Of a DNA stretch of 64,000 nucleotides, positions 50,051 to 59,277 are shown one piece after another. The DNA is from a virus (lineage: Duplodnaviria > Caudoviricetes), in IMG/VR virus record IMGVR_UViG_3300048024_000800, positions 1 to 64,000 of that record; one strand, 5' to 3'. The first letter of the stretch is position 1. The number at the start of each line of letters is the position of its first letter. Under the pieces are notes generated by a model. The model was not told where the DNA came from, ran no database searches, and was given only the letters and a program-made list of their open reading frames with translations. Made by a program: the position numbers and the translations under genes.

Positions 50051-50469
50051 TTTAAATAATCAGAACATAAGCCAAAGCATGGAGGCCCCGCATACCGCCT
50101 TGCATCATCTACAACCAAAACGCTTTTATTGCTGACCCTTTTTCCTGGATAGGTCCATATGAAATTTTTAGAAGTTAACGTAAAGTCGTCTGACTCATGC
50201 CAAAAATAATTTAAAGTTCTAAACTGGCTAAGTAGGTCCATTGCTTCTAGGTTTTTACAATGAATCCATAAGTGTCTGAAGTTCTGAATGAGAAATTTTG
50301 TAGGACACGGAGTTTCTGGGTTATCATGCCCGAGCCATAATTGCTTATCTGCCCAGATGTCAATTTCGACATCAAATCCTAGTTCTAGAGCTTCCTCTAT
50401 GTAACTTATTGAGTTTTCTCTTTTTTCGTTAGGGCCAGCAATGTTACCCCTGTGGGATATTAATATCAT
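50047..50469 (-). CDS. Glycerophosphodiester phosphodiesterase-like protein
   Basis: ISHRGN...EN....AL..GFDVEID...LGHD.P, WIHCKN. Confidence 0.75.
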   Translation of the reverse strand: MILISHRGNIAGPNEKRENSISYIEEALELGFDVEIDIWADKQLWLGHDNPETPCPTKFLIQNFRHLWIHCKNLEAMDLLSQFRTLNYFWHESDDFTLTSKNFIWTYPGKRVSNKSVLVVDDARRYAGPPCFGLCSDYLK

Positions 50470-51826
50470 ATTTTAAGAAAGTTTCTAGATCCTCTGGAGT
50501 TCCTAGCCCCCACATCTTTTCAATATGGAACGTTTTTACTCTAGCTCCATTCAATAAAGCTTCATTATATACTGGGCATACGTAGAATTCATTATTGACT
50601 CTAATATTTTTTTCTATCATCTGTTCTGCTGATTTTACGTAATCAGAGCCTTTTCTCCAGAAGTATATACCAACAGTTGCATGTTCGCTGATGGGTTTCT
50701 TTTCTGCTACTTCAATCACGAATCCGTCATCATTTAATTTTGCGTAACTCCACTTGGGGTGAGTTGAGTGAAATGTTAAAATGGACGCATCGATGTCGTC
50801 TGCCATAGATGAGTACATGAATTGATTACTGTCCCACTGTACATACTGATCGGAGTTTGCTAGAACTAATGGTTGATCATTGTTGATAAACTCTTTAGCT
50901 AAAAGCGTCGTGCATGCCGCTCCCTCGGTTAAGCCTTCTACTTGAACTATTTCGCAGTTTGGAGAAATTAAATTTAAAGTATGCTGTAGGGAGTATTTTT
51001 CGTAATGTTCTTTTTGTACAATAAAGATATGCTTGGCATCGATATTTAAGTTTTCGACAACTCTTTGTATCATAGGTTTTCCATCAACATCAATTAAGGG
51101 CTTAGGAAAAGTATAACCTGCTTGCTCGAATCTGGACCCTGCTCCAGCCATAGGAATGAGTACGTTCATTTTACCTCCTTGCCATTTGGGTGAAATTGAT
51201 GATGTTTTTTCTGCACTTAGTATAGTATTGTTTACCTTAGTAAATGTCAAGTCGTTAGAATCTGTAACTGCACATAAATGTGCCCCGCTTCTTATTGCTC
51301 CTTTTCTTCCGATGTGAGAGTCTTCTATAACTAGAGTTTCGTCGGGGTTAGCTTTCGCTTTGATCATGCACTGCATGTAAATTTCCGCATTGGGTTTTGG
51401 TAAGTTTACATCTTCATTTGAGTATAGAAAATCTATGTATTCAAAAAAACCTTTTCTTATTAACATTAATTTTGATGTATCTCTTATAGAGTTTGTTGCG
51501 CATGCAATTTTATAATTTTGTGATTTTAGTTTTTTAAGAATATCTATTATTCTATGGTCACGCTGGTAGTCGTCTATTTCTTGTAATGTTTTTTGTTGTT
51601 TGAGTTGCCATACTCTGTTGTGATATTTTTCTGGAAGATTTTTTTCGGCGGTTAACTTTTTTAGTTTTTGCGTAGTTGTTAATGCGTCATACTTGCAAAG
51701 ATGTTCTTCTTTGCTGATTGTGTATTCTCCTCCTATTTCTGAAAGGGCTTTATTTAGGGCAATGTAATGTAATTCGCGCGACTCAACCAATACTCCATCT
51801 AAATCAAATATAATTAATTTAATCAT
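50444..51826 (-). CDS. HAD phosphatase fused to sugar-phosphate nucleotidyltransferase
   Basis: FDLDGVL, KP..EIY, IEDS..G; IPMAGAGSRF..GY..PKPLI, AEKKPIS, GTPEDL. Confidence 0.9.
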   Translation of the reverse strand: MIKLIIFDLDGVLVESRELHYIALNKALSEIGGEYTISKEEHLCKYDALTTTQKLKKLTAEKNLPEKYHNRVWQLKQQKTLQEIDDYQRDHRIIDILKKLKSQNYKIACATNSIRDTSKLMLIRKGFFEYIDFLYSNEDVNLPKPNAEIYMQCMIKAKANPDETLVIEDSHIGRKGAIRSGAHLCAVTDSNDLTFTKVNNTILSAEKTSSISPKWQGGKMNVLIPMAGAGSRFEQAGYTFPKPLIDVDGKPMIQRVVENLNIDAKHIFIVQKEHYEKYSLQHTLNLISPNCEIVQVEGLTEGAACTTLLAKEFINNDQPLVLANSDQYVQWDSNQFMYSSMADDIDASILTFHSTHPKWSYAKLNDDGFVIEVAEKKPISEHATVGIYFWRKGSDYVKSAEQMIEKNIRVNNEFYVCPVYNEALLNGARVKTFHIEKMWGLGTPEDLETFLKYDINIPQG

Positions 51827-52559
51827 CCGTTTTACTTAATGCTGCGTCGATAAGTAGGTCTATTTCTTTTTTGTTTCTTGGAAAATTTCTTGGGCAATGG
51901 CAGTCGATAAAATGTCCACCTTTAATTTCGCTTAAGGAGTAGTTCCAGTTTTTTCTATCAATTCTTCGTGTTGCTATTGCGTTATTAAAGCCTCTTTTTA
52001 AAAAGGATATTTTATTTTTATTATTCCACTTATTAATCATTCTTCCAAAGAATAATTCATCCGTATCCCATCCCCAGTTAAATTTACTTAAGTTTTTGCA
52101 ATATTCCTCGAATGAATGGCTTAGTTTTAATATCTCAATAAAAACTTTACCTTTAGCTGCGTTGTAGCATATCGGGAACCTGTTTCTTGATAAAGAGGAG
52201 GGGGCATCAGAAGTCATGATTGCAATGTTATCACTGCAAATTTCTTTTATGCTATCTGAGAAATAGTGGGGGCTTAATGGAAGCATATCGATATCTGATG
52301 TTATGCAAGTTTTTTCCTTATAGTATTGGGTTGCAAACATTCTCGATATTTGCGATTGAGTTGATATGGGTAAATATTTGTTTTTTTTTATAAAATGTAA
52401 ATCGTAATTTTCATTTTCAACATAATCGTTTCTGTCGCATATGAAAACTAATACTGGCTTAATACCAACGAGGTCACTCCATAATCTAGAAGCGTACGGC
52501 CAGAATTCTATATAAGAAGACTCGTTATCTGCGCTAACTATTGCATAATCAATTTTCAT
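51819..52559 (-). CDS. Putative GT-A-fold glycosyltransferase
   Basis: SRMF, TSDIDM (DxD), W.TDE, D.HCPR; island context. Confidence 0.55.
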   Translation of the reverse strand: MKIDYAIVSADNESSYIEFWPYASRLWSDLVGIKPVLVFICDRNDYVENENYDLHFIKKNKYLPISTQSQISRMFATQYYKEKTCITSDIDMLPLSPHYFSDSIKEICSDNIAIMTSDAPSSLSRNRFPICYNAAKGKVFIEILKLSHSFEEYCKNLSKFNWGWDTDELFFGRMINKWNNKNKISFLKRGFNNAIATRRIDRKNWNYSLSEIKGGHFIDCHCPRNFPRNKKEIDLLIDAALSKTDD

Positions 52560-52563
52560 ACAA

Positions 52564-53157
52564 CTAAGGAACTCTGGAAAGAATCATTAATCCATTATTA
52601 TTTTTAAATTCTTTTTCTATATTCCATTGTTTATTTAGATTTATAAAGTCGGTAACCGCTGCATATAGGCCGGTTTTGTTTTTGGGCATATCTTTTATTA
52701 AATTGCTTGCGTGTTTATATGTGTGTTCATCTTTATTCTTAAATGAAACTGTATCATGTAATATAATTGCATGATTAACTTTTGCGGAATGCCTTGTTAA
52801 TTCACTGTATAGTTGATTGTAGGTGTGCAGTGTATCTATGAAAAGCACATCTGTTTGCTCTATTTCTATTGATAGGCTATCACATTCTTGGAATATAAAA
52901 TCTGTTTTTAATGATTTTGATATGTCTATTATTTGTTGAGTTTCATTTGTTATTTTTATGTCATAGGATATTAATTTATTGGGCTCCCCTGCTAGTAAGG
53001 CTATAGTCGAACTGCCCCATCTTACGCCCATCTCTGTTATGTGATTATATTTCTCGGCGTAAGATTTTAGGGTGGGAAGGTGCTCATTTATGTCGATTGA
53101 TTTATATAAGAGGGGCTCTGTTGTATGTTTTTTGTATAATTCTTTAATTAATTTCAT
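52564..53157 (-). CDS. Class I SAM-dependent methyltransferase (Methyltransf_24-like)
   Basis: EMGVRWGSST, FIDTLHTY.QL..EL, IILHDT, NNGL..L. Confidence 0.82.
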   Translation of the reverse strand: MKLIKELYKKHTTEPLLYKSIDINEHLPTLKSYAEKYNHITEMGVRWGSSTIALLAGEPNKLISYDIKITNETQQIIDISKSLKTDFIFQECDSLSIEIEQTDVLFIDTLHTYNQLYSELTRHSAKVNHAIILHDTVSFKNKDEHTYKHASNLIKDMPKNKTGLYAAVTDFINLNKQWNIEKEFKNNNGLMILSRVP

Positions 53158-53845
53158 TTGAGTATCCTAAATGTTTATGTAAATAGTGCATTCTTTGTAT
53201 ATCTATGTGTCTATTTGGTGGAAACTTGCACCTGAAGTGAAATATATTATCTGGGATATTTATATTAATAATATCATTAAGGTGAGGGAAGTCAAAGCGT
53301 TTTTGTGGTGATGGACTAATGCCTGCTTGGAGAAAAATTTTAGATATAGCTACGTCGTCCGGTAAAGAATGGTCCCATAATTCTTTTTTTTCTAGGCATA
53401 GGTTTATTAAGTCTTTAGATATGAAGTATCCAGATCCGGAGCAAAATTTAATGCGTTCGTTTTGTTTTTTGTTTGAGTGGCTGCCTATTACTCCGCTATA
53501 AAATTTATTAATTGGTATTTTTTTTATAAAATATAGGAATTGAGAACTATGTATATATGATGAAATATTTGTTCTGAAAATATAATCTGGATTGTATTTG
53601 GTATTTATAAGTTTAATTGCTTCTAGTGTTTTCCTTCCGATGTTTTCTTTTAGCTCTTGGCCTGGGCATAGTATGTAGTCTTTTTTTATTTGCGCTGACT
53701 CTACTGAGTTGCTATATTTATAGAAAAATATTTTTACATCGTTATTTTTTGACAACTCTTTTATCCACGTGGGTCTTTGCCCTTTTTCCTCTATGCCAAT
53801 AAAGGGGGCGCTATCCGTGGTTAATATAAGTATTATGCATTTCAT
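53144..53845 (-). CDS. GT31-like glycosyltransferase
   Basis: TW, KT..A, DYIFRTN.SSY, FCSGSGYFIS.D, DDVAI. Confidence 0.7.
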   Translation of the reverse strand: MKCIILILTTDSAPFIGIEEKGQRPTWIKELSKNNDVKIFFYKYSNSVESAQIKKDYILCPGQELKENIGRKTLEAIKLINTKYNPDYIFRTNISSYIHSSQFLYFIKKIPINKFYSGVIGSHSNKKQNERIKFCSGSGYFISKDLINLCLEKKELWDHSLPDDVAISKIFLQAGISPSPQKRFDFPHLNDIININIPDNIFHFRCKFPPNRHIDIQRMHYLHKHLGYSNEIN

Positions 53846-54542
53846 GATTGTTTATAGATTGCTCTTTCCAGTTTTTATCTAAGTATACGTAGTCTTCTGT
53901 TTTAGGGAAAAGTTCTATGTGCTCTTTAGTTTTTCCGACAGGTATGTAACCAGGATGAGGCTCTGAGTGTATTAGAATTTTTTTAGTGTATTTAAGCATT
54001 TTGGGTACGAAGTAGTTAGTTAAGAAGAACTCGTCTGCCCCGTATATAGTTTTATCATCTTTATATTCGTTTATTAAATTAAGTGTTGAGAATGGGGTTT
54101 TCTTTGAGGATATACAGCCAGCCATGTAATACCTAGGTTCTTTTTTCTTATACAGGGCTAACCTGTCATGGGCGAACCATATGAATTCTAGCATATGATC
54201 TTTTTTTAGCCAATCATTGATGCAAAAAATGTCGTTCTCTTGTATTGGAAAATCTAAATCCCTGCAGACTGTTATATCTGCGTTATCAAAAGCCAAAAAG
54301 CGCCAAAAGCAACCTTCTCTACCTTTAGACCTTGGCATTTTTATAAGTTCAGTGTTTTTAATTGAATTTAATCTACTAATAATGCCTTCGGGAACCGTGT
54401 CATCGTGGTATACTCTAAATTTCCAATCGGGCATAAAGTCTCTAACAAATTTAGCATTCCTTATTGATCCTATGGAGTATTTATTAAAAGATGTAAATCT
54501 ATTAAAAAAAAGAGATGTCGATATAATCTTCTTTATTGTCAT
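53811..54542 (-). CDS. Putative glycosyltransferase/glycan-modifying protein
   Basis: IISTSL, Y..G..RNA, PDW..RVY, WRFLA, CRDLD, DE.FL. Confidence 0.55.
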   Translation of the reverse strand: MTIKKIISTSLFFNRFTSFNKYSIGSIRNAKFVRDFMPDWKFRVYHDDTVPEGIISRLNSIKNTELIKMPRSKGREGCFWRFLAFDNADITVCRDLDFPIQENDIFCINDWLKKDHMLEFIWFAHDRLALYKKKEPRYYMAGCISSKKTPFSTLNLINEYKDDKTIYGADEFFLTNYFVPKMLKYTKKILIHSEPHPGYIPVGKTKEHIELFPKTEDYVYLDKNWKEQSINNHEMHNTYINHG

Positions 54543-54576
54543 AAAGGCTTAAGGTTAAATTTAAAATATTTTTATA

Positions 54577-55182
54577 TTAATCTATTGTTTTTTCTGTGCA
54601 AATTATTAATTGAGTACTCTGGGATCTATTTGTTATTTTGTGATCTATCACTTTTAGGTGGCTTGAAATATATTGGTTAAATTCAGAAGAGTTCCACTCT
54701 CTAATATGAGTTTTATTTCCTGGAGGGCCATTATACCCGGGGTTATTGGGGTGATAGTGCAAGTCTCTATCTGGGGTAGATATGAATGCAAATTTAAATT
54801 TAAAAGTTTTTATATATTCCATTAGCATGTCTGGATTTATTAAGTGCTCTATTACATCCGCACAGATTACTATATCTGTTTTAAGGTTTGGGGGGTTGTT
54901 GAAATCTGATTTAAGCCATTGATGGGAGGGATATTTTGAATTTAAGAAATCAAGGTTACATTCAACTTCTAGTCCTGTGGTGTTATATTCCTGGAAGTAT
55001 TTAACAAGTTTATATCCGGAGCCACACCCAATATCAATTACATTATTAAGGTCATGTTTTTGCATGAAGCCCCTAGCTTCAAGATAGACTTCTTTTTGCC
55101 AACCATCAGTATTTTTGGTATCATCATAATGTAGGAAATTTTTCCTAGAGGTATAATTGTTTTTTATAAAGAAATTTTTCAT
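54577..55182 (-). CDS. Class I SAM-dependent methyltransferase
   Basis: VIDIGCGSG, DVIEHL..PD, ISTP, H.REW. Confidence 0.88.
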   Translation of the reverse strand: MKNFFIKNNYTSRKNFLHYDDTKNTDGWQKEVYLEARGFMQKHDLNNVIDIGCGSGYKLVKYFQEYNTTGLEVECNLDFLNSKYPSHQWLKSDFNNPPNLKTDIVICADVIEHLINPDMLMEYIKTFKFKFAFISTPDRDLHYHPNNPGYNGPPGNKTHIREWNSSEFNQYISSHLKVIDHKITNRSQSTQLIICTEKTID

Positions 55183-55187
55183 AAATA

Positions 55188-55862
55188 TTAAAGTTTTACT
55201 GATATTAATTTTATGTGTTTGTTTAATTTTTGAGAAGATATTATCTCATAATTAATGTTATTTAAGCCACTTTTTTTAAAGTGAGATAGTTGAATTTCTT
55301 TATTTCCAGTATTAAATATAAGATCTTCTAGGTCTGATATCTTTTTCTTTTCGCCAGAATAGATTTCATTATTTGGTTTATGGGGTAAAATTTTTAACAT
55401 ATTGAATGTTGTTAGTTTAAGGTGGCCTGACATATTGTTTTTATTTATAATATATCTATGAAAAAGGGCTCTATCTTCTATTCCCCATCCCCATATATTA
55501 TTAGGAAAGCCATTTGCTTCCTGGAAGCTGCAACTCGAGAGTTTGCATACGCCCCCCAAGGAATTTTCGTGGGCAGTGAAGATGCGTAATGCATCATATG
55601 AGTTGATAGTGTAAAATTCTTTAATTAATTTTTCTGAAGGAATAATATCTACATCATGGGTGATAATAAAATCTTTATCGGAACTTTCCAGGAAACCTAT
55701 ATTTAATAGTTTTCCCCTATTGAATTTTTTATTGTCAGCTTGCTCTATTATTAATATTTCGGGTTGATTGAAATATTTAACGAAAACTTCTAGGGTGTTT
55801 TTTATAAAAATATTAAGATGTTCGTGTCTGTCCCTGAATGGAATAATTATTGACGATTTCAT
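55188..55862 (-). CDS. GT7 (beta-1,4-galactosyltransferase-like) glycosyltransferase
   Basis: IIPFRDRHEHL, EQ....FNRGKLLNIGF, HDVD, GGV, NGFPNN.WGWG.ED. Confidence 0.9.
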   Translation of the reverse strand: MKSSIIIPFRDRHEHLNIFIKNTLEVFVKYFNQPEILIIEQADNKKFNRGKLLNIGFLESSDKDFIITHDVDIIPSEKLIKEFYTINSYDALRIFTAHENSLGGVCKLSSCSFQEANGFPNNIWGWGIEDRALFHRYIINKNNMSGHLKLTTFNMLKILPHKPNNEIYSGEKKKISDLEDLIFNTGNKEIQLSHFKKSGLNNINYEIISSQKLNKHIKLISVKL

Positions 55863-56761
55863 TTTAAATATTTGTTTTTCATGTGGGATTTGATTTCCTT
55901 AAATATGCCCTCGTTCCACATAAAGTTGTTTTGGAATTTTTTATAAACTTCTTGATTTAACCAACTGTCAAGTTTGAAGTTTTCAGGGTTGCTATGCTCT
56001 CCTATTTCTCCTATGTAGTTGAAGTTATTAGTGAACGTAGATACTTTAATGAAACCTCTGGCCGCAAAGGCTGCCGAGGTGCATGAGTCTTGACTTGAAA
56101 CAATTTTTCTTGGATCAGCTCCAATGGAAGACATTAATTTTAAAATTTCTCCATGAGGTCTGAATCTATATTCTTGCGGCAATAACTTCCAGTACGACTC
56201 CAGTATGTCATATATTGATTCATAAGAAGATCTCCTTATTGCATAAGCCCAAAGATGATCCATTAAAATGAGTTTATCCTTATTGTCTTCTTGAATATTT
56301 ATAGAAAGCCTGTCGTCTCTATCATGTGAATAATTTATATATGAATAACGGTGAGTTTTCTTTGATCGATGATGCTCTCCGAAGCAATTAATCATCGCTA
56401 TTCTTTCGTCGTCTTTAAATTTATCAATAAGAAAATCTAACTGCTGTATGTAATGAGGTTGCAATACGGAATCGTCTTCAATGATTATAGCAAATTCATG
56501 GTCTTTAAGAGCCAACTCTCTTGCGTATTTCATTATCCTAGCAACACCTTGGTTTGATTTTGATATTACTGTTTCGCAGTGAGGAATGAATTGGTTGGCT
56601 AGTTTAAATGAATCTTCAATTAAGGGAATATCTTCCTTGAACCTAGGTCCATCGACAACACAATAAACCTTCCTATCCCAACATTGCGGAGATAATGAAT
56701 CTAAGACTCGCTTAAAGTAATCAGGTCTATTATAAGCTGTTAGTACTATTGGAGCTTTCAT
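55859..56761 (-). CDS. GT-A (GT2-like) glycosyltransferase; start likely ATG 56761 (MKAPIVL)
   Basis: AYNRPDY, DGPR, IIIEDD, WAYA....W, SQD, IG..G.H. Confidence 0.78.
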   Translation of the reverse strand: MKAPIVLTAYNRPDYFKRVLDSLSPQCWDRKVYCVVDGPRFKEDIPLIEDSFKLANQFIPHCETVISKSNQGVARIMKYARELALKDHEFAIIIEDDSVLQPHYIQQLDFLIDKFKDDERIAMINCFGEHHRSKKTHRYSYINYSHDRDDRLSINIQEDNKDKLILMDHLWAYAIRRSSYESIYDILESYWKLLPQEYRFRPHGEILKLMSSIGADPRKIVSSQDSCTSAAFAARGFIKVSTFTNNFNYIGEIGEHSNPENFKLDSWLNQEVYKKFQNNFMWNEGIFKEIKSHMKNKYLK

Positions 56762-57548
56762 TGTAGATTGTAGAGTTGTGCCCTTGATTTCTCCATTTTT
56801 TTCCATCTTTGCATAATATAGTTTTTATATTTCCAAAAGAATTGGTGCCTGTTAATTGCTTGTACTTACAGTTTTGTAAATGAAGACACATAGTCATGAC
56901 TGACTCGGGGACCTTAATCGTGTATTCTGGGTATCCATCTTCCCACATGATTTTTATAGCTTGTCTTAAAAATGATAGGCAATTAAAATATTTATCCATT
57001 TGATCTGGGTGACCAATAGCAAATTGATCATTGATTTGATTTGGTAGAGATTGTTTTTCGTAAACAAAACTAAAACTAAATTCTTTTTTTAATTCTTCTT
57101 CGTGATCGTAAATATTATCACTTTCAAATAAAGGTAATCTTATTAATTTATTTTTTATGCAATCATTTTTTTCATGAATTTTGATTGGTTCGAGAACTTG
57201 TATATCTGGGCGTAATCTGACAACTAGATCGTACTCAGTTTTTTTGTAAGTAATATAATCCTGATACATTGTGTGGCAGGTCTTTAGTCCTGCTAGCATG
57301 GGTATTAATCCTGGGTTAGGTTCGAGTTTTAATTGATCTATTGATCCTACTACTTTCATTACTTGATTGAAATTTAAGATGTGCTGCCTTGTGGGTCTGT
57401 AGTATTGGTAGAATTCTTGATAGGGTTGGTCATCCCAGGTACTGATAAAAATATCTGGACTGAGAGGTTGTATTATGTTTTTCGTTATGGATTCTATACA
57501 GTTTTCCCAGTCTCCTAGTTTTCCGCTAAATAGTAGTGCTGTTTTCAT
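56730..57548 (-). CDS. Putative glycosyltransferase-like protein
   Basis: ALLFSG, DIFISTW, YDLVVRLRPD, NDQFAIG, PE motifs typical of glycan-locus proteins. Confidence 0.6.
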   Translation of the reverse strand: MKTALLFSGKLGDWENCIESITKNIIQPLSPDIFISTWDDQPYQEFYQYYRPTRQHILNFNQVMKVVGSIDQLKLEPNPGLIPMLAGLKTCHTMYQDYITYKKTEYDLVVRLRPDIQVLEPIKIHEKNDCIKNKLIRLPLFESDNIYDHEEELKKEFSFSFVYEKQSLPNQINDQFAIGHPDQMDKYFNCLSFLRQAIKIMWEDGYPEYTIKVPESVMTMCLHLQNCKYKQLTGTNSFGNIKTILCKDGKKWRNQGHNSTIYNESSNSTNSL

Positions 57549-58495
57549 TCTGTGATATATTCCGTTATGTTTCTCTGGGCTACAAGCTTTTCGATATTAT
57601 CCAATAGGAAAGGGTAAAGTCTGTACGCAGGATTTCTTAATGTGTTTTTGATTATTTGTCCCGCGCTCTTAACGTCGTAGTGTAAGGGAAGCACGAACTT
57701 TTCATTAAAAAGCCATCTTATTAGATATGAATATTGAGTTACGCCGTAAGACTCGCAGTACTTTGAGAACGTAAAAGTGGGCTTTCCATAGTGGTAGGGA
57801 ATGAATCTTATTCCAGAATCAATTCCAAAAGCGGCGATGCACTTACTTGATATAAAGAAGATGTCTGTTAGCGAAGCTTCCACAAAGTGTAGTCGAGGGT
57901 TTTCGTCATTAATTATATCTTGATACTTGTGTTTGGAATCTTTATCCATAAGTACTACCACGTCAAACTCTAGAGCAATATTCTTTAAGAGTTTATCAAT
58001 ATACCAATCTTCCATATTCGAATCTGCCCCATCTCTAGCATATAGATGTGACATTATGAATCTTTCTGGAAGATCTATTTTTGAGTTTATTTGGCATTCT
58101 GGTTTTGGGAAAAAATTAAATCTTTTAAACCAGTCAAAATTATAATTTAACCATTCCAATGAATCGATATGTAGATCATAAAATTTATCATATTCTTTAT
58201 TCATTTTATTGAATATGTTATCGGGTACATTCTTTATATTGCCGATGTGATCTTCATCTGGGAAATTGGATGATTTTATTTTAAATGTTTTGTATTTTTT
58301 TTCTTTAATGATGAATGTTTCATTAAAATGAGAAGGCCACATTTCATTAAGTATTTTTGATTGACTCTCGCTTCCTTCTGTATCTGAGAATAAATCTATA
58401 GAGCAATCTGGATGAAGCTCCTTTATTGCCGGAACAAAACGGTTTGCCGCAAAATGGTCTCCTAGCCCTCCCTCCATTCTTACTGATACCTTCAC
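57545..58495 (-). CDS. GT9-like glycosyltransferase
   Basis: GGLGD, AIKELHPD, FGIDSG....Y.YGKP. Confidence 0.7.
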   Translation of the reverse strand: MKVSVRMEGGLGDHFAANRFVPAIKELHPDCSIDLFSDTEGSESQSKILNEMWPSHFNETFIIKEKKYKTFKIKSSNFPDEDHIGNIKNVPDNIFNKMNKEYDKFYDLHIDSLEWLNYNFDWFKRFNFFPKPECQINSKIDLPERFIMSHLYARDGADSNMEDWYIDKLLKNIALEFDVVVLMDKDSKHKYQDIINDENPRLHFVEASLTDIFFISSKCIAAFGIDSGIRFIPYHYGKPTFTFSKYCESYGVTQYSYLIRWLFNEKFVLPLHYDVKSAGQIIKNTLRNPAYRLYPFLLDNIEKLVAQRNITEYITE

Positions 58496-58806
58496 TGTCT
58501 ACTACCTCTGATTATCACGTTATCTCCGCCGAGTACTACAGTAGTTAACTGGGTTAATGTTTTATTGCAAGTTTTTTTTCTTTTGATATGTTTGGCCTTG
58601 GCTAACCTGTTGAGACTTCCTGATATTTTTCCGTATGACATTCCCCCAAGATCCAACCCTATTCTTTCGTTGGAGAAAAAGATTGGCTTTCCGTGGGACG
58701 CCTTGGAAACGAGATAGTTATATACAACTAAATCATTGCCAATTAAGTTTCCATTGATAATATCTTCTTGTACAACGACTGGAATTTGTGTGAATTTTTT
58801 CATCAT
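58492..58806 (-). CDS. Winged-HTH protein resembling phage replication initiator N-terminal domains; start likely 58806
   Basis: FTQIP...L...DLVVY.YL......FFSNERIG..LG.MS...I...L..L....HI; ATG 5 nt after the -10 box. Confidence 0.65.
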   Translation of the reverse strand: MMKKFTQIPVVVQEDIINGNLIGNDLVVYNYLVSKASHGKPIFFSNERIGLDLGGMSYGKISGSLNRLAKAKHIKRKKTCNKTLTQLTTVVLGGDNVIIRGSRQ

Positions 58807-58811
58807 GTTTG

Positions 58812-58840
58812 ATAATATCATGAAAGCTTACTTTTGTCAA
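58812..58840 (-). promoter_or_regulatory. Sigma70-type early promoter (leftward, likely leaderless)
   Basis: TTGACA-17 nt-TATTAT with TGn; ATG follows 5 nt after the -10. Confidence 0.8.
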
Positions 58841-58943
58841 GCAACATTCAAAAAACTGTACATGCGACATACAATTAATTGTACAATGTTAATAATATAG
58901 ATATACATTAATATATTTTTTTAATATTATATAAATATAAGAA

Positions 58944-58972
58944 TTGACAAATTGTATAGATGGTGATATAGT
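58944..58972 (+). promoter_or_regulatory. Sigma70-type early promoter (rightward, likely leaderless)
   Basis: TTGACA-17 nt-TATAGT with TGn; ATG 58979 follows 6 nt after the -10. Confidence 0.82.
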
Positions 58973-58978
58973 AGTTGA

Positions 58979-59275
58979 ATGAAGTTTTTAGATTTAAGTG
59001 ATGGAAGGTTCTTTTTAGTAAAATGCTCAGACTGGTCGGTAATCACCGAAGCCTCGAGCGAAACAGAGGCGTGTACCGCTGCATTAACTGAAATGTTGGA
59101 CAAGTCGGGCAAAGACTTAAAATTATCTTCAGTTATGGTAACACAAGAATTAATACCAGATGTAATGGACGAAAGGTATGATGATCCGGTATCCTACCAT
59201 TCAGTTTCCAGGATGCTGGCCAATGCGGGAATGCATGACTTATCCTCAAGTATGAAGCATATATTCGGAGCGTAA
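58979..59275 (+). CDS. Hypothetical protein
   Basis: 98-aa ORF directly behind the promoter, first of a tightly packed operon. Confidence 0.7.
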   Translation: MKFLDLSDGRFFLVKCSDWSVITEASSETEACTAALTEMLDKSGKDLKLSSVMVTQELIPDVMDERYDDPVSYHSVSRMLANAGMHDLSSSMKHIFGA

Positions 59276-59277
59276 AT

